In this document: positions 37,999 to 50,386 of the stretch, in pieces
How the letters are laid out: every line of letters starts with the position of its first letter
Numbering within the stretch: position 1 is the stretch's first letter
Assembly: GCF_018350175.1 (NCBI RefSeq)
Contig: NC_058368.1
Coordinates: 225,868,001 to 225,932,000, forward strand
Direction of reading: 5' to 3'
Length of the DNA stretch: 64,000 bases
Origin: Felis catus
Taxonomy: Eukaryota
Translations under genes and position numbers: made by a program
The notes under the pieces: generated by a model
Database searches by the model: none
What the model was told of the DNA's origin: nothing
Seen by the model: only the letters and a program-made list of their open reading frames with translations

Positions 37999-39151
37999 GT
38001 GTGTTGATACGACCGTGGACCAGCCTGGGAACTCGGATCACAAGAACGGGCTTGGGTGAAGTCTTTCCCATTTATGTTGTCCTTGTGGATCCTCTCTAGA
38101 GGAAACTTAACTTCTTGGCTCAGGGGGCTTCCATTATTACTTGATATGTTTATGGCAAGAAGCCCAAAGCTCCATTCGTTAAAAACTTCATATTCCTGGC
38201 ACAGTAACTTTCCAAAACAGAATACAGATAATAGTTATAGACATGAGTACTTAGTAATGAGCAAAGATTGAAATTATCCTGGAGGTTATACAAAGGAATT
38301 AACTAGTATCCTTGAGGGCAAATTGCTTAAGCCATGGATTCAAACATGACTTACCTGATATACTTAGAGGTTCTTAAATGATGAGCAGGAGTAATTTAAG
38401 TAACTGAAGCTTCTATTGCCTCATTTATAAAACTGAGATGATCATAAGGGGACCCACCTGGTAGCGTTGTGTGGGTTGACTGTCATAACACGTGTATGAT
38501 GTAGTACGTGGACGTCATAAAGGCCGGCAGTCACTCCTTTTTGTAGTTTTCCCATAGAAAAGGTAACAAGAGCGGAATAAAGCAGGCCACCGGAATTGTT
38601 AAGCTTTGAAACCTCATCGGTATGAAATTCTGTAAATCTGTTCTGATGTGTCTGCTAACATGGAGGCCTATCCTTAGATCTGCAGGGAGAACACGGGTCC
38701 ACTAAAGGACTGTGGAGAGGACAAAGGAGAGCTCCCTTGGGAGGGCGTGGGAAGCCCTGGGCAGATAAAGTCCGTGTTAAATGCCACGGTGTTCATATAC
38801 GCGTGGTTTCCTTCACTGTGGCTGCCTGTGAGCCGCGAGGCCGCTGAAATCCAGCAGACACTGACTGTATCTTATTTTTGTCAGGAACTATTGTCTGCCT
38901 CACTTTAGAGTCTCTGTCTTTCTCTATCACCTTTGGTCAGCGGGATTTACCTGGGGCTTATAGATCCTTCCAGGTGACGAAAACTAGAGAGGCTTATTCC
39001 AGAGAAATGGGTACATGTGCAGGTTCTGTGCAGTTCTGGGTGCGCATAACCCCTCACGCCTGTTGCATGGAGACCTCAGGTTAGCAGCTCTTCTTTAAAT
39101 ATAAGAACCAAGTTTCACCCAAACTAGCTTTGAGCTTCTCTGTAAAGGCTG

Positions 39152-39380
39152 TTTTTTTTTTTTTTTTTTAATGTTTATTTATTTTTGAGAGAGAGAGAGG
39201 GAGGAAGAGTGAGCCCTAGCAGAGGAGGGGCAGAGAGAGAGGGAGACACAGAATCCGAAGCACGCTCCAGGCTCGGAGCTGTCAGCACAGAGCCCGACAC
39301 AGGGCTCGAACTCAGGAACCATGAGATCTTGACCTGAGCCGCGGTCAGATACTTAACTGACTGAGCCACCCAGGCACCCC
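39152..39380 (-). mobile_element. SINEC about 60 nt upstream of the last ZNF622 acceptor
   Basis: T tail, ends gccacccaggcacccc. Confidence 0.92.
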
Positions 39381-39445
39381 AAGATTGTCTTTTTTTCTGA
39401 TCACAAATAACCAGCCTTTGCCACGTGTCCTCTTTCCAGCCACAG

Positions 39446-39573
39446 AAGCTGCTCTGATGCGTGAGCGAGACATGCAGTATGTCCAAAGGATGAAGTCAAA
39501 GTGGATGCTGAAGACAGGAATGAAGAACAATGCCACCAAGCAGATGCACTTCAGGCCCCAAGTGAGGTTCTGA
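39446..39573 (+). CDS. ZNF622: ZNF622 terminal exon, (E)AALMRERDMQYVQRMKSKWMLKTGMKNNATKQMHFRPQVRF*
   Basis: A 39446 start gives a 1434-bp CDS (477 aa); alternative in-frame starts at 39440 and 39449. Confidence 0.9.
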
Positions 39574-39703
39574 GTGTCTGCCCAAGGACTGGGTGGTCTG
39601 TCCCTTGCACAGGTGTCCTTGCCCGAGGGCCAGGGGAACCGGATTGTGTGACAGCCCCTGTTTGCTGCTACTTCTCCCTGTACTTGATCCATTCTGACCT
39701 GGT

Positions 39704-39709
39704 AATAAA
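39704..39709 (+). terminator. ZNF622: ZNF622 polyadenylation signal AATAAA
   Basis: 130 nt after the stop, followed by T/GT-rich sequence. Confidence 0.8.
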
Positions 39710-41322
39710 AGTCAGAATCTCATTGGCGTTTAAATGTCATTTTTGGACAGGGTTCACAGGTTATGTTTTCACAAAGTGAGTGGTGTCTCTGCTGGGCTCT
39801 GGGACCCAAACTACTGGCTAGTAATGGTCTCACTGCCTCCGCTTTTACCTGACTCTGCCTGTCGGATTCACATGGGAAACTCGTGGGTGACTCGTCCGCT
39901 CCACACTTGGCTTAATTGGCTGCGGGGTAGCTTACCACGTCCTGGCACTGGGACTTCCGTAAGGGCTTGGAAGACCCTGGAGCAGCTAAGTTGAATGTCA
40001 CTGGTTTGAAAGTGTCGTGGCTCGTGGTGTGGAGGAGGTCGCTTTCATTGTGTCCAGACGAAGTTAGACATGTCATTGGCTGGCTGTAAAGGTTCTTTCT
40101 TTCTAAGTGAGAAGACAGAGAATGACGGTGCTGTGCACTCAGACTCCGTATCCAGGGCTGCCTTTATTTGAGTAGTTAGATGAGGAAGAAAGGAAATGTA
40201 AAATGTTTAGATCTTGTTTTAGAGACAAAAACTGACCTCGGGGTTTAATACGAAGAGAGTCTCCGTTCAGGCGGCTCAGGGGAAGGCAGTCGTGTATCTG
40301 AAATGAAGTGAAACACGAAATTCAAACCCATCGAGCTACCTCGTAACTTGGGAAAAGCGACTTGGGTAAACCTGTAAAATGAGCTGTTTGTACGTCACAG
40401 GTTGGGGGGGGGGGGCGGTGAATAAATCTGCCGAGTCCGTGTTCAAGTTCTCCCTTAGCAGGCCTGCTGCACTGAGGCAGGCCGGCGATCTGCTGGAGCC
40501 GTAGTCTTCCTGTGGTGAGTTCAGGACGCCAGGAGAATGAGCTTGCCCACCATGTACTCGCTGGGCCTCGTTTGCCAGATGCAGGCCTTTTTCTGTAAAC
40601 TCTGGACGCAGAGCTGCATTCGTTCTACTTCCTCAGTACACAGGTTCACTGACAGTGGAGGACTCCCTGGTCTTTAATTTTGCTCCCTCATCCTGTTTTC
40701 TAACATTCTCGCCCCGGTACCCACTCTCTTGTGTTTGACACATCTTGAAATCGATATCCTAGGCAAGAGAAGTCGTGCTTCACGGGTGGTATGTTTTTAA
40801 TTTCTGCTTGAGCGAATGCACATGCTCCTGGGCTGTAACTTGTGTCAGTTTTGTTCCTCAGTCCACACTTTGTCACTCAGCATAAGCTGAGATCATTGCT
40901 GCCGGCGCTCGCTGTCTGCAGCCCCGTTGCCACACCAGCCTGGCACGGTCCGTGTACCTTCTTTGCATCCCTGCCCTTGAACATCGGGGTGTTTTCCCTG
41001 TGGGGAGCAAACAGGACAGTATGTTTGCTGACCCATAAAATACTGCCCCCATTTACTTATCTGCTTCCAGGCTTCAAGAGATCCCTTCTTAGCTCTGATT
41101 TGGGGTTTGTGGAGCAGCTCTCTCCCACTTCTATCTACATCAGAATTTTATAAAACTCCCACTTCTGTCCACATCATAATTTTATAAGACAGTTTATTTG
41201 CCTTTGGGAGGGAGGGCAAAGAAAAAATTTAAACATCACCCATACATAGTCATAAAACCTTTTTTCTTGCGATGAGAACTTTTGAGATTACTTTCTTAGC
41301 AACTTTAAAATATGCAGTATAT

Positions 41323-41549
41323 GGGGCGCCTGGGTGGCGCAGTCAGTTAAGCATCCGACTTCAGCCAGGTCACAATCTCACGGTCCGTGAGTTCGAGCCC
41401 CGTGTCGGGCTCTGGGCTGATGGCTCAGAGCCTGGAGCCTGTTTCCGATTCTGTGTCTCCCTCTCTCTCTGCCCCTCCCCCGTTCATGCTCTGTCTCTCT
41501 CTGTCCCAAAAATAAATAAATGTTGAAAAAAAATTAAAAAAAAAAAAAT
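41323..41549 (+). mobile_element. Young SINEC_Fc inside an antisense L1 fragment
   Basis: TSD aaaatatgcagtata. Confidence 0.93.
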
Positions 41550-41704
41550 ATGCAGTATAGTATTATTAGCTATATTCACCATGCTGCATATCACATCCCG
41601 TGAGTTATAACTGGAAGTTTACACCTTTGACCCCCTTCACCCATGCATTTCCTTTGACTAACTTCAGAATTCATCCAAATTAACCAAAAAGTAAATCTTT
41701 ATTA

Positions 41705-41730
41705 AATTGTTTTTTTAATGTTTATTTACT

Positions 41731-41770
<40 letters not shown>

Positions 41771-41937
41771 CGTGTGAGTGGGGGAGGAGCAGAGAGAGAA
41801 GGAGACAGAATCCGAAGCAGGCTCCAGGTTCTGAGCTGTCAGCACAGAGCCCAACGCAGGGCTCGATTCCACAAACTGTGAGATCATGGCCTAAGCTGAA
41901 ATCAGCTGCATAACCAACTGAGCTGCCCAAGTGCCCC
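41705..41937 (-). mobile_element. SINEC
   Basis: (AG)n tract, ends ctgcccaagtgcccc. Confidence 0.9.
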
Positions 41938-43039
41938 AAATCTTTATGAAATCCAAATTTGGATAGATACTTCTCCTCAGTGCCCCTTATCCTTAAGTCT
42001 GTTGTCTAAAGGTAAAGTGGATACCAGGAAAATCACATTAAAGGCTCCTCATCTGTACCAAGGTAGCGCTGGCTGTGGTGGTTGGCTGACCATGACTTGT
42101 GTGGGCTCTCCTCCTGGGAGTTACCCCATGGCCAGATGGCCTTGGCAAGTTGATTCGTCTGTCTTTAGCTTCAGACATCAAGGCTGGGATCAAAAGGGAG
42201 AGAGCATAACCTTGTTCTTTCCTCATTTGTGTAACCAAAGCCCCTGGCGGCTTTGCTCATCGCACTGCCTATCTACAGACTAGCCACAGGCTCAGTATAT
42301 TCTTTCTGTTTTGCAGAGTGTGAGTGTGTGTTTTATGGAGTATAAAATGCTTTCGTGCGCCATTTTGTTTCTTGGCTGTGAGGTGTAGGTAGTGTCGCTA
42401 TTTTACAGATGAGAAAATAGATTCAGGGAAGTTCAGTCACTTGTTTAGGGAGACACCAAAGGAAACCAGAGATGGTGATTTCTGGTACAGCATTCTTAAT
42501 GTTGCAACACTCGAACAGAATCTTCACAACGTCGTGTCTTAAGGAGCAGCCTCTGTCGGGCTATAAATGTTTACACAAGCCCATTAAATTTCCAGCCAGC
42601 CGTGAAAAGAATCTTGTTCTAAACCTAGAAATACATAGAATTTAATGTTACACATAGTATATACATGCATAAATGTTACCCCCATGAAAGAAAATCTACC
42701 TTTTCTATCCTGGAATGTGAGTTTCTCTTACAGGAGCCTTGTTTATAATAGTGTAGGACCCCATGACCATGCTAGTGTGACATGGCATAAGGCAAATTTG
42801 TTTAAGATGTGATTAGCAATTGCTGTTTCTTTTCTTCCCTCTTGTCCCTGTTCTCAAAGTGAGGTGAGCTAAATTCTCTCCTGCGGGGTTGGGTACGGAG
42901 ACAGGGAAAGGGTGCCTCGTGATCATTTGGAATTTTGTTAAGTTGATACTTTCAATATTGTCTCTTTCATATTCTTTTGGAGACAGTACAGACCGAAAAG
43001 TAACGCTTTAGTTGGCAACTTGACGCCATGTCTCCTAAT

Positions 43040-43535
43040 CATTTGACGGTCCTGCCATGCAGAGGGAGCGTCTCTTCCCTTCCCTTGAAGCCTGGTTGGC
43101 CTCAATGACTCGCTCATAACCCATAAATTGCAGCAAGAGTGACACGGCTGACTTCGCAGGAGAGTAAAATGCAGTGCAGCCCCCACTTTGCTTCCTTGGA
43201 CACTTGACCATCGAAGAACTCTGACTTCCCCAGGACGTCACGCTATAGAAAAACCCACGCCACGTGGAGAAGTCACTGTAGGTGCTCTGGTTGACGGTCC
43301 CAGTCAGCTGCCAGCACCACCTGCCGGCATCTGAGGTCCCCATCTTGTATGTGCAGCCCGATCGAGTCTCAGGAGACGGTGCTACCCACTGACGTCTGGT
43401 CGGAACCGTACGGCAGATCCCCAGCGGCACCTGCCCAGGTGAGACCTTCCAAAATTCCTCCCCCACAGAAGCCATGAACGTAAGAAAATGATTGTTTGAC
43501 ACCACTCAGTTGACGCAGCAGTGGTAACCGGAACG
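43040..43535 (+). mobile_element. MLT1-type MaLR LTR
   Basis: cccaggtgagaccttcc...cccacagaagccatga...gcagcagtggtaaccggaac 3' end. Confidence 0.7.
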
Positions 43536-44087
43536 CCTCCCTGTGACACTGGCACACGTTTTGCTTGGTTGACTCTTTTGATTTCCACTTAACCACCTCA
43601 TGGTGGAGTTTTCCTGTCAATATGTCTTTAAGGGCAAGGACGTCATGTACATTGTTTTACCTTATTTAATCTTTACAACACCCGTAAGAAGTAAATATAA
43701 TTATTGCCATTCTCCAGCTGAGCAATCTCAGGCAGAAGAGCCCAAGGTCACGCTGCTCGTGATCACTTTCTATTGTCTATGCTGAAAAACGCAAGCCTGC
43801 TTGAGTCACAGAATTTTACACTTTGGTGACACATTGAACTGACTTAAATCGATCCCCACCATCCCACCTCTCCCCTCGCTCTTACGTGCAGGAAGCTGGA
43901 TGCCCAGGGTGTTATATTGGGACTCAGCTGTGGTGCACATCGTAATGGACAGAGCAAGGGAAACCCTCCACCTCGTGCGTGCTGGTCCCTATGCTCGGCA
44001 AAGTCAAACTTTTACAGCTCCTTCAAAAAAATCTAAAAAATATAAGAACTTCTAATGTAAACTATTTGCAGAGTAAACATGATGCAT

Positions 44088-44293
44088 TTTTTTTAATGTT
44101 TATTTATTTTTGAGAGAGACACAGAGTGTGAGCTGGGGAGGGGCAGAGAGAGAGGGAGACACAGAATCGGAAGCAAACTCCAGGCTCCGAGATGTCAGCA
44201 CAGAGCCCGACACGGGGCTCGAACTCACAAACTGTAAGATCATGACCTGAGCCGAAGCTGGACGCATAACCGACTGAACCACCCAGGCGCCCC
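44088..44293 (-). mobile_element. SINEC_Fc
   Basis: Near-TSD aacatgat(g/t)cattttt. Confidence 0.93.
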
Positions 44294-44364
44294 AACATGA
44301 TTCATTTTTTAGAGGAAGAGAATGCGTGTTTAGTGTATGCCTAAAACTGTATTAAAAGCATTAA

Positions 44365-44595
44365 GGGGCGCCTGGGTGGCTCAGTCGGTTGAGCGTCCGA
44401 CTTCGGCCCGGGTCATGATCTCACGGTCCATGAGTTCGAGCCCTGCGTCCAGCTCTGTGCTGACAGCTCAGAGCCTGGAGCCTGCTTCGGATTCTGTGTC
44501 TCCCTCTCTCTCTGGCCCTCCCTCCGTTCATGCTCTGTCTTTTTCTGTCTCAAAAATAAATAAATGTTAAAAAAAAAATAAAAAAATAAAAATAA
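44365..44595 (+). mobile_element. SINEC_Fc
   Basis: TSD taaaagcatta. Confidence 0.93.
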
Positions 44596-45346
44596 AAGCA
44601 TTAAAACTACCCAAAACATCAAATCTGTTTCTTAAAGAAAGCTACCATTTTTGTTTCACTGAATAAGACCTCTAAGTCCTAGATTCAAGGTATTTTATAT
44701 TGCCTCCTCATGTTTTATTATTAATCACCACATTTGGTATTCTATCTCCAACTACCATTTTCACCTGGGGTAATGCATCTCAGACATGCTGCCCTGCCCG
44801 AGATTACTCATTTTCTAAACCTAGCATCTGCAAATGCAGAAAATAGACTCTAAATAGAGTAAGGGATTTGAGTTTTTCTGAAGAGATTTTTATAATGCTT
44901 AGTGCCCGAGGAATGAGAATATTAAATTGACGGTAAATAGAAACTATTGAAACACTTATGCTCGAAACATGACTCTCCTTGCAGAATATTTTTCCTATTT
45001 CTAATTCAAGTGCATGAAGCTTACCTGGATAATTTGGTAATGTAGTCTTTTTATTCGCCTTAAAACTTGGGGGAATTTTTCCTGGAAATAAACACAAAAA
45101 TATGTAAAAATTAAGTAGGAATAAAAGCTAAAACAAAGAGCTTACTAAATGCCAAATATTGTTGTATGCACTTTAAAATGTGTCAGCTCAGTCCTCACAA
45201 TCGAGTCTCTGAGATAGGAAATATCCCCATTTTCTAGGTGGGAAACTGAGGTACAAAGAAGGCTCCCCTAGCTACTACGTGGCAGAGCTGGGGTATTTCA
45301 TCTAGCTGGTAAGGTTCCAGAGTCTGTGCCTGTAACCACTACACTA

Positions 45347-45851
45347 GCCATTCTTAAATCTTTTGGTCTCCGAACCCATTTACCCTTTTTAAAAGTATCA
45401 AGGACCCTGTGGAGTTTTGGTTTTCGGTGGTTACATCTATGGATACATACTGTGCTGGAAATTAAGATCAAGAAACTTTGAAATGTTAATTAATTTCAAA
45501 ATAATAAAGCTATTACATGGTAACATTACTGTGTTTTTATGAACAGTAACTGTACTTCCTTAAAAGAACCATAGTGAAAAGAGTGGATTTATTTTCCACT
45601 TTGGCAAATATCTTCTACATCCAGCTTAACAGTCGACAACTGGATTGTTACACCTGCTTCTGCATTTTGTCTGTTGTAGAACACACACCATGTGGACATT
45701 GGAAACTCTCCTGAAACCCAATGAAAGCACAAGAGTAGAAAAGACAGGTACTATCTTAATATTATTATAAAAATAACTTTGGCTTTGCAACCCCCCTGAA
45801 AAATTCTCAGGGCTACCCAGGGGTCTATGGATCGTACTTTGAGAACCACTG
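45347..45851. mobile_element. hAT-Charlie-type DNA element
   Basis: ttcttaaatcttttggtctc...ctttgagaaccactg termini. Confidence 0.65.
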
Positions 45852-47161
45852 CGCTCCATTTCACTGCCTCTCAGGACATAGGGGGAGTGTGTGGACGAGT
45901 ACTAAGTACCCCTTAAGAGATAGTGTTTCCTTAATTAAATCCCAGGCTGGGGTGCAGCAGAGCAGCGGCTGTGGGGAGACTAAAGTGCAATTCTCGTTCT
46001 GCCTCGGTAGTTCTTGACCTTGGCTAAGGGACTTCCTTACTCTCCGTCTCAGATTCCTCAACTACAATAGGGCTAGTTACAAATCCCTTGCAGGGACATC
46101 GTAGGCATTCCAAACAATATGTGACAAGGTGCACAGCAGGTGCTGAAACACAGAGGATGCCTGATCAAGGGTAGCCTGTATTCCAAGTTGGCCCGTGATG
46201 TCCAGGGAAGGAAGAAGAGGGGTCACACACAGCAAAAGGGGAAGGAAAAGAGAGCCAACGAGGGCAGATGCACAAATTCTTATCTGAGACCCAGATACAT
46301 ATTGAAAGCTGGATGTGTTTAGGGATTCACAAATTTGGGGTTCTAGAATGCTAATACAGTGCATATATTGTATATAATGTCAGACCTCCAGGGAACCTAG
46401 AAGGACCATGTGATGACTGAACACATCACTGTTTTAAGAGAGAAACATCATCTACTCACACCAAGGTCTGGAAATAGCCTCAGTCTGTGCAGGCCAAGTC
46501 TTAATGCCAAACGATTTACAAAAACACTTTGCAGTGTTCCTAGCTCTGGGATGTTTGGATTGCAGGGAAGGGACTGTGGGCCTTACCGAATGCGTCGGTG
46601 ACCGTGCCCGTGCGATGTCATTTCATTCTCCCAATTCCATGAGCAAGAAGCAGACATCCTAGGATCCAGAAACATCTTTGCTACTTGTTGCCATTCAACC
46701 AGCTTTAGAGGATCCCAGGATCAGAGCAGTGGCCTCTCACTGTCTATGGCTGTTGCCTGCAACTTAAAATGCAAAGTTTGTTATGTTTGGGTGGTAAGAG
46801 GGGGTTATAATTATAATTCACAATTATATATGAGTGAATTATATGTGTGTGTGACTGTGTGTGTGTTTGAAAATGAACAGAACAGCACCAACAAATGTTA
46901 TTTTCCCCTCCCCTCCCCTCCCCTTCCCTTTCCTTCCCTTCATGTTATTTTACCTGTCAAAAGTGGGTTTTAATGTTTCTGTAGACAGTAAATCACTGCT
47001 CCTTTTTCGCTTTCATTATCTAGAACTCCTTTAGGAAAAACAATCACAATCGCGACAATTAACTGAACCCAGGACTTTCCCAAGATCCCTAGTAACTAGG
47101 GTGTGATGGTAAAAGCCGAGCTCATGGGTGCCTACTAGGGACACAGGAACTCAACACACAC

Positions 47162-47565
47162 TGGTAGTGGGTGTGGAGCCGTGCAGCCAGGATTCTTGCT
47201 TCAGGACTGAGGCACTCATTACCCCCGCTGCTCGGACTGCTGACCTTTGGTGTCTTGCCAGGAGTCCCTCTCTGAGAATGGCCCATGGGGAAGGAAGCCC
47301 CCCTGACCACAGCCAAACCCCCTCTGCATCCAGGGGCTCACCCTGTGGCCTTGATGAGGACGATGCTGATGTTCCCCAGCTCCAGAACTCTCCATGGGAT
47401 TGCCTGAGGCCTTTATCCCAACTGCATCATAGGTCAGCTGCTCCCTCGACGGACTCCTTTTTCTCTTCCTTCCTTATAGGTAGAGATCACGAGAACAGCC
47501 CCAGTAAAAGTCCCACGTAAGGCTCTATCTCAGAGTTCGTCTTTTGGAGAAGCATAGCTAAAACT
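47162..47565 (+). mobile_element. LTR16-type (ERV-L class) 5' LTR
   Basis: cttcaggactgaggcactcatt, ccagctccagaactc...gaggccttt and tctcagagt motifs; followed by PBS-like TGGTGCCAGGAATGG at 47572. Confidence 0.75.
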
Positions 47566-50368
47566 ATTGATTGGTGCCAGGAATGGTCCAAGGAAGAAGA
47601 TTCTTAAATGGGTCACCAGCTGGCCTGCTATCAGTGAGAATACCATCTCTAGACGCGGGGGGAAGGGAGGGAGTGCTGATGGCTCCAGACATGCGGTAGC
47701 CCTGAAATTACAACTTTCACTGTGACAATTAAAATTTTTCCCAGACTGCCAAGAGGCCGTGCATTGGCGGGTACAGGATCTGGGCATTTGAGATGTTTAA
47801 GGGAGGTGGCAATCGTAAGTCCAATGGAATGGGGTGGTTGCTGCTCACACTTTGAAGTGAATTAGAGAAAGGCAAAGAGAGGCTGGCATGATTAATCACC
47901 AATATAAGGCTACGTGTGAAAGCCAAAGGGCCTTTTGTATTTTGTAAAGACTCTCTCATCTCCTGCGGCCAGAGGCAGAAAAAAAGCCAGGATCAAGCCT
48001 AGGACTTAACTACAAGGCCAGCGCAGCTCCGGAGAAGGTGGCATTCTCAAACCCCAGCACATCTGCGTTGTCAAGGTCAAGGCCTTCATTGGGCGGGAGT
48101 GAGACGCAGAGACTTGGGATGCATGCAGACATTTGTGCCCATGCACTCAAAATCCTGAATCGCCAAATGCCCCTGAACCCTCTGAGCCCACACCCCCCCT
48201 ATGAAGTCCAGTGCTACCCCCTTGCTTGAAGATGACGCAGAAGCCTATGCCTTGCAGGACAGCATGCTCCCAACTCGGGATGTACCAACCCTGGACATTA
48301 GACCAGTAACGAGCATAAGGAACAGCAACTACAACCTACAGGCCAAATCTAGCCCACAGTCTGCTTTTTAAGTAAAGTTTTATTGAAACACAACACACCC
48401 ATTCAATTACATATCATCTATGACTGCTTTCATGCTTCAGTGGGAGAGTTGGATAGTCGCAACAGAGTCTATATGGCTCACAAAACCTAAAATATTTACC
48501 ATTACTCTTTACACGAAAAGGCTGCTGAGCTCTGAACTGGAGTCAAATCATGATAAAATCTAGCATGGAAAGTGCTGGTCCTGATAAGGGAAGAAAAGGA
48601 ATATGCACCAAAGAAGATGTAAGACCTAGCCAACAAGTACTAACAAGAATGGAAGAGTATTTATGTGATTGAATTCTGAAGGATTTAAGGATTAAGGGGG
48701 ATGGAATGTATAGTTAGATAATGGGCAGTTTACCCATGTGAGAGCATTCTCCTCTGAGATCCAGGACTTAACACTCTCTTGGTTGGCTCTTAGAAACTTA
48801 GGGAGGCAGTGCCACACTAAAGTGGAGGAGATAAGCAAGCAATGCTTTGGCAGCCAGTGGAGAAAAAGATCAAAAGGCTCGAAGGAATGGGCATGTCAGA
48901 GCGGATCTACTCTGTAAAACTGGAAACTATATCAGTTCACTGTGTTTCATAGAGTCATCCAGAGGGCACACCACTTACCAAAGCTGTAGGGAATGAGCTG
49001 ATGAGAGGGGTAAGCAACACAGAGAAACTCAATGGGGACTGTCCTCCGTGGGGCAGGGCTGACATTATAGAAGATGACATTGAACAACTAGCCTCCCTGA
49101 AAGCAATGGGTTGATAAGATCTCAGATTGACAGAGCCCAGGTGGCAGAACTTGAACATCAGAAGCAAGGAGGAAGCATTGTAATGAGTAGCAAGGGGCTC
49201 CTGCCCATGGAGAGCTTTGAAGATGATTGATAGAATGTGGTGCTCTTAGGGGCAAGACAGAGGGGTAGCTAACAAGGGTAATGTTAACAAACACCTCACT
49301 GAAAAGTAAAGGCCAATCTTCAGACCTGAGCTTGTCCTTTGACCCACAGCCTGTTGCCTGAAGGAAAGCCTTGTCTGAGGAAGGACTCTGCTATACCATG
49401 GCAATTGCATATGGCAATACTTTCCCTAACTCGTACTCAGAGGGATCTGTGGCCATTTCCTTGGGTAACTAATAGGGGGACAAAAGGCAAGCCCAGATAG
49501 TTCAAGGATTCTTGGGCATGGCAATCTCCATGGATATTCAAGGATTTTTTGTTTCATCATGACCCTTTGCTAAAGTGGGGACTTCTGGGAGGTAGGTAAT
49601 AAGAAATCTAAGTCCCGTCTAGTTCACAGTGGCTTCTTTGGCTTCAGATCCTCTCGGTGATCATTTGTTCAATATCTGAATGTATAATTGGAATGACTGT
49701 TCTTATTAGTTGGCATAATCTCCTTATTAGCTCCTTGGTTTACATAGCAAGATACTATAAAGAAGAAGCCACATGGAAGCCTTGGAAACTTTCCCACTAT
49801 GAACAACAGAGTAGATGAAAAACAATGTCACATCCAGGGAGAATGGCAGAGATATCTGCCATCTTCAAGACTGCAAGAGTAGTGGTCCCATCGCGCCCTC
49901 ATTCAACTCATCATTCTTCCCTGTTAAAAACCAGGGATCTTGGTTATTGTGAGTGGACCACCATAAAATCCACTGATTACCTAATCACCTATTGCCACTA
50001 CTGAACATCCAACCTTGTAGCAGTAGAAACCAACATGGAGGCTCCAATACAACACCTTCTTCTGAGGACACCAACTAGTTCCTTGTTAGCAGCTTGATTC
50101 ATGGGATCCTTTTCAATCTGGAAGTGACAATGATATACCCTGACTGGAATTGGCACACATTCAAGAAATGGCTTTTCCTTTCTTGCTCATAGGGGCTTCA
50201 CCAGGATCACCATCTATATGAACTTATATATTACTTGATAAACTGACACGAAATCCCGCATAATATGACCCTGGACCAAGGATCCCATTTTATAGCAAAA
50301 GAAGAGCTACAATGCACCCATGATCATGGATCCACTGGTGTTATCACATACAAACCACCCAGTTGTTG
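47566..50368 (+). mobile_element. Decayed ERV-L class internal region (gag-pro-RT start / integrase), ERV3-16A3-like
   Basis: Degenerate peptides: gag PEGTPLTKAVGNELMRG (48959), protease VIICSISECIIGMTVLISWHN (about 49657), RT start PSFNSSFFPVK (about 49895), integrase LTGIGTHS and IPHNMTLDQGSHFIAKE (50140-50303); many stops and frameshifts. Confidence 0.82.
48316..48534. mobile_element. MER58A-like element inserted in the ERV gag
   Basis: caggccaaatctagccc...aaagttttattgaaacaca...aaacctaaaatatttac. Confidence 0.85.
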
Positions 50369-50386
50369 TAATTCTGGGGTTTAAAA

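Noticed and set aside
47566..50368. Possible domesticated retroviral gag or integrase gene
   Set aside because: Many stops and frameshifts, a MER58 insertion, and no long open frame in the homologous phase.
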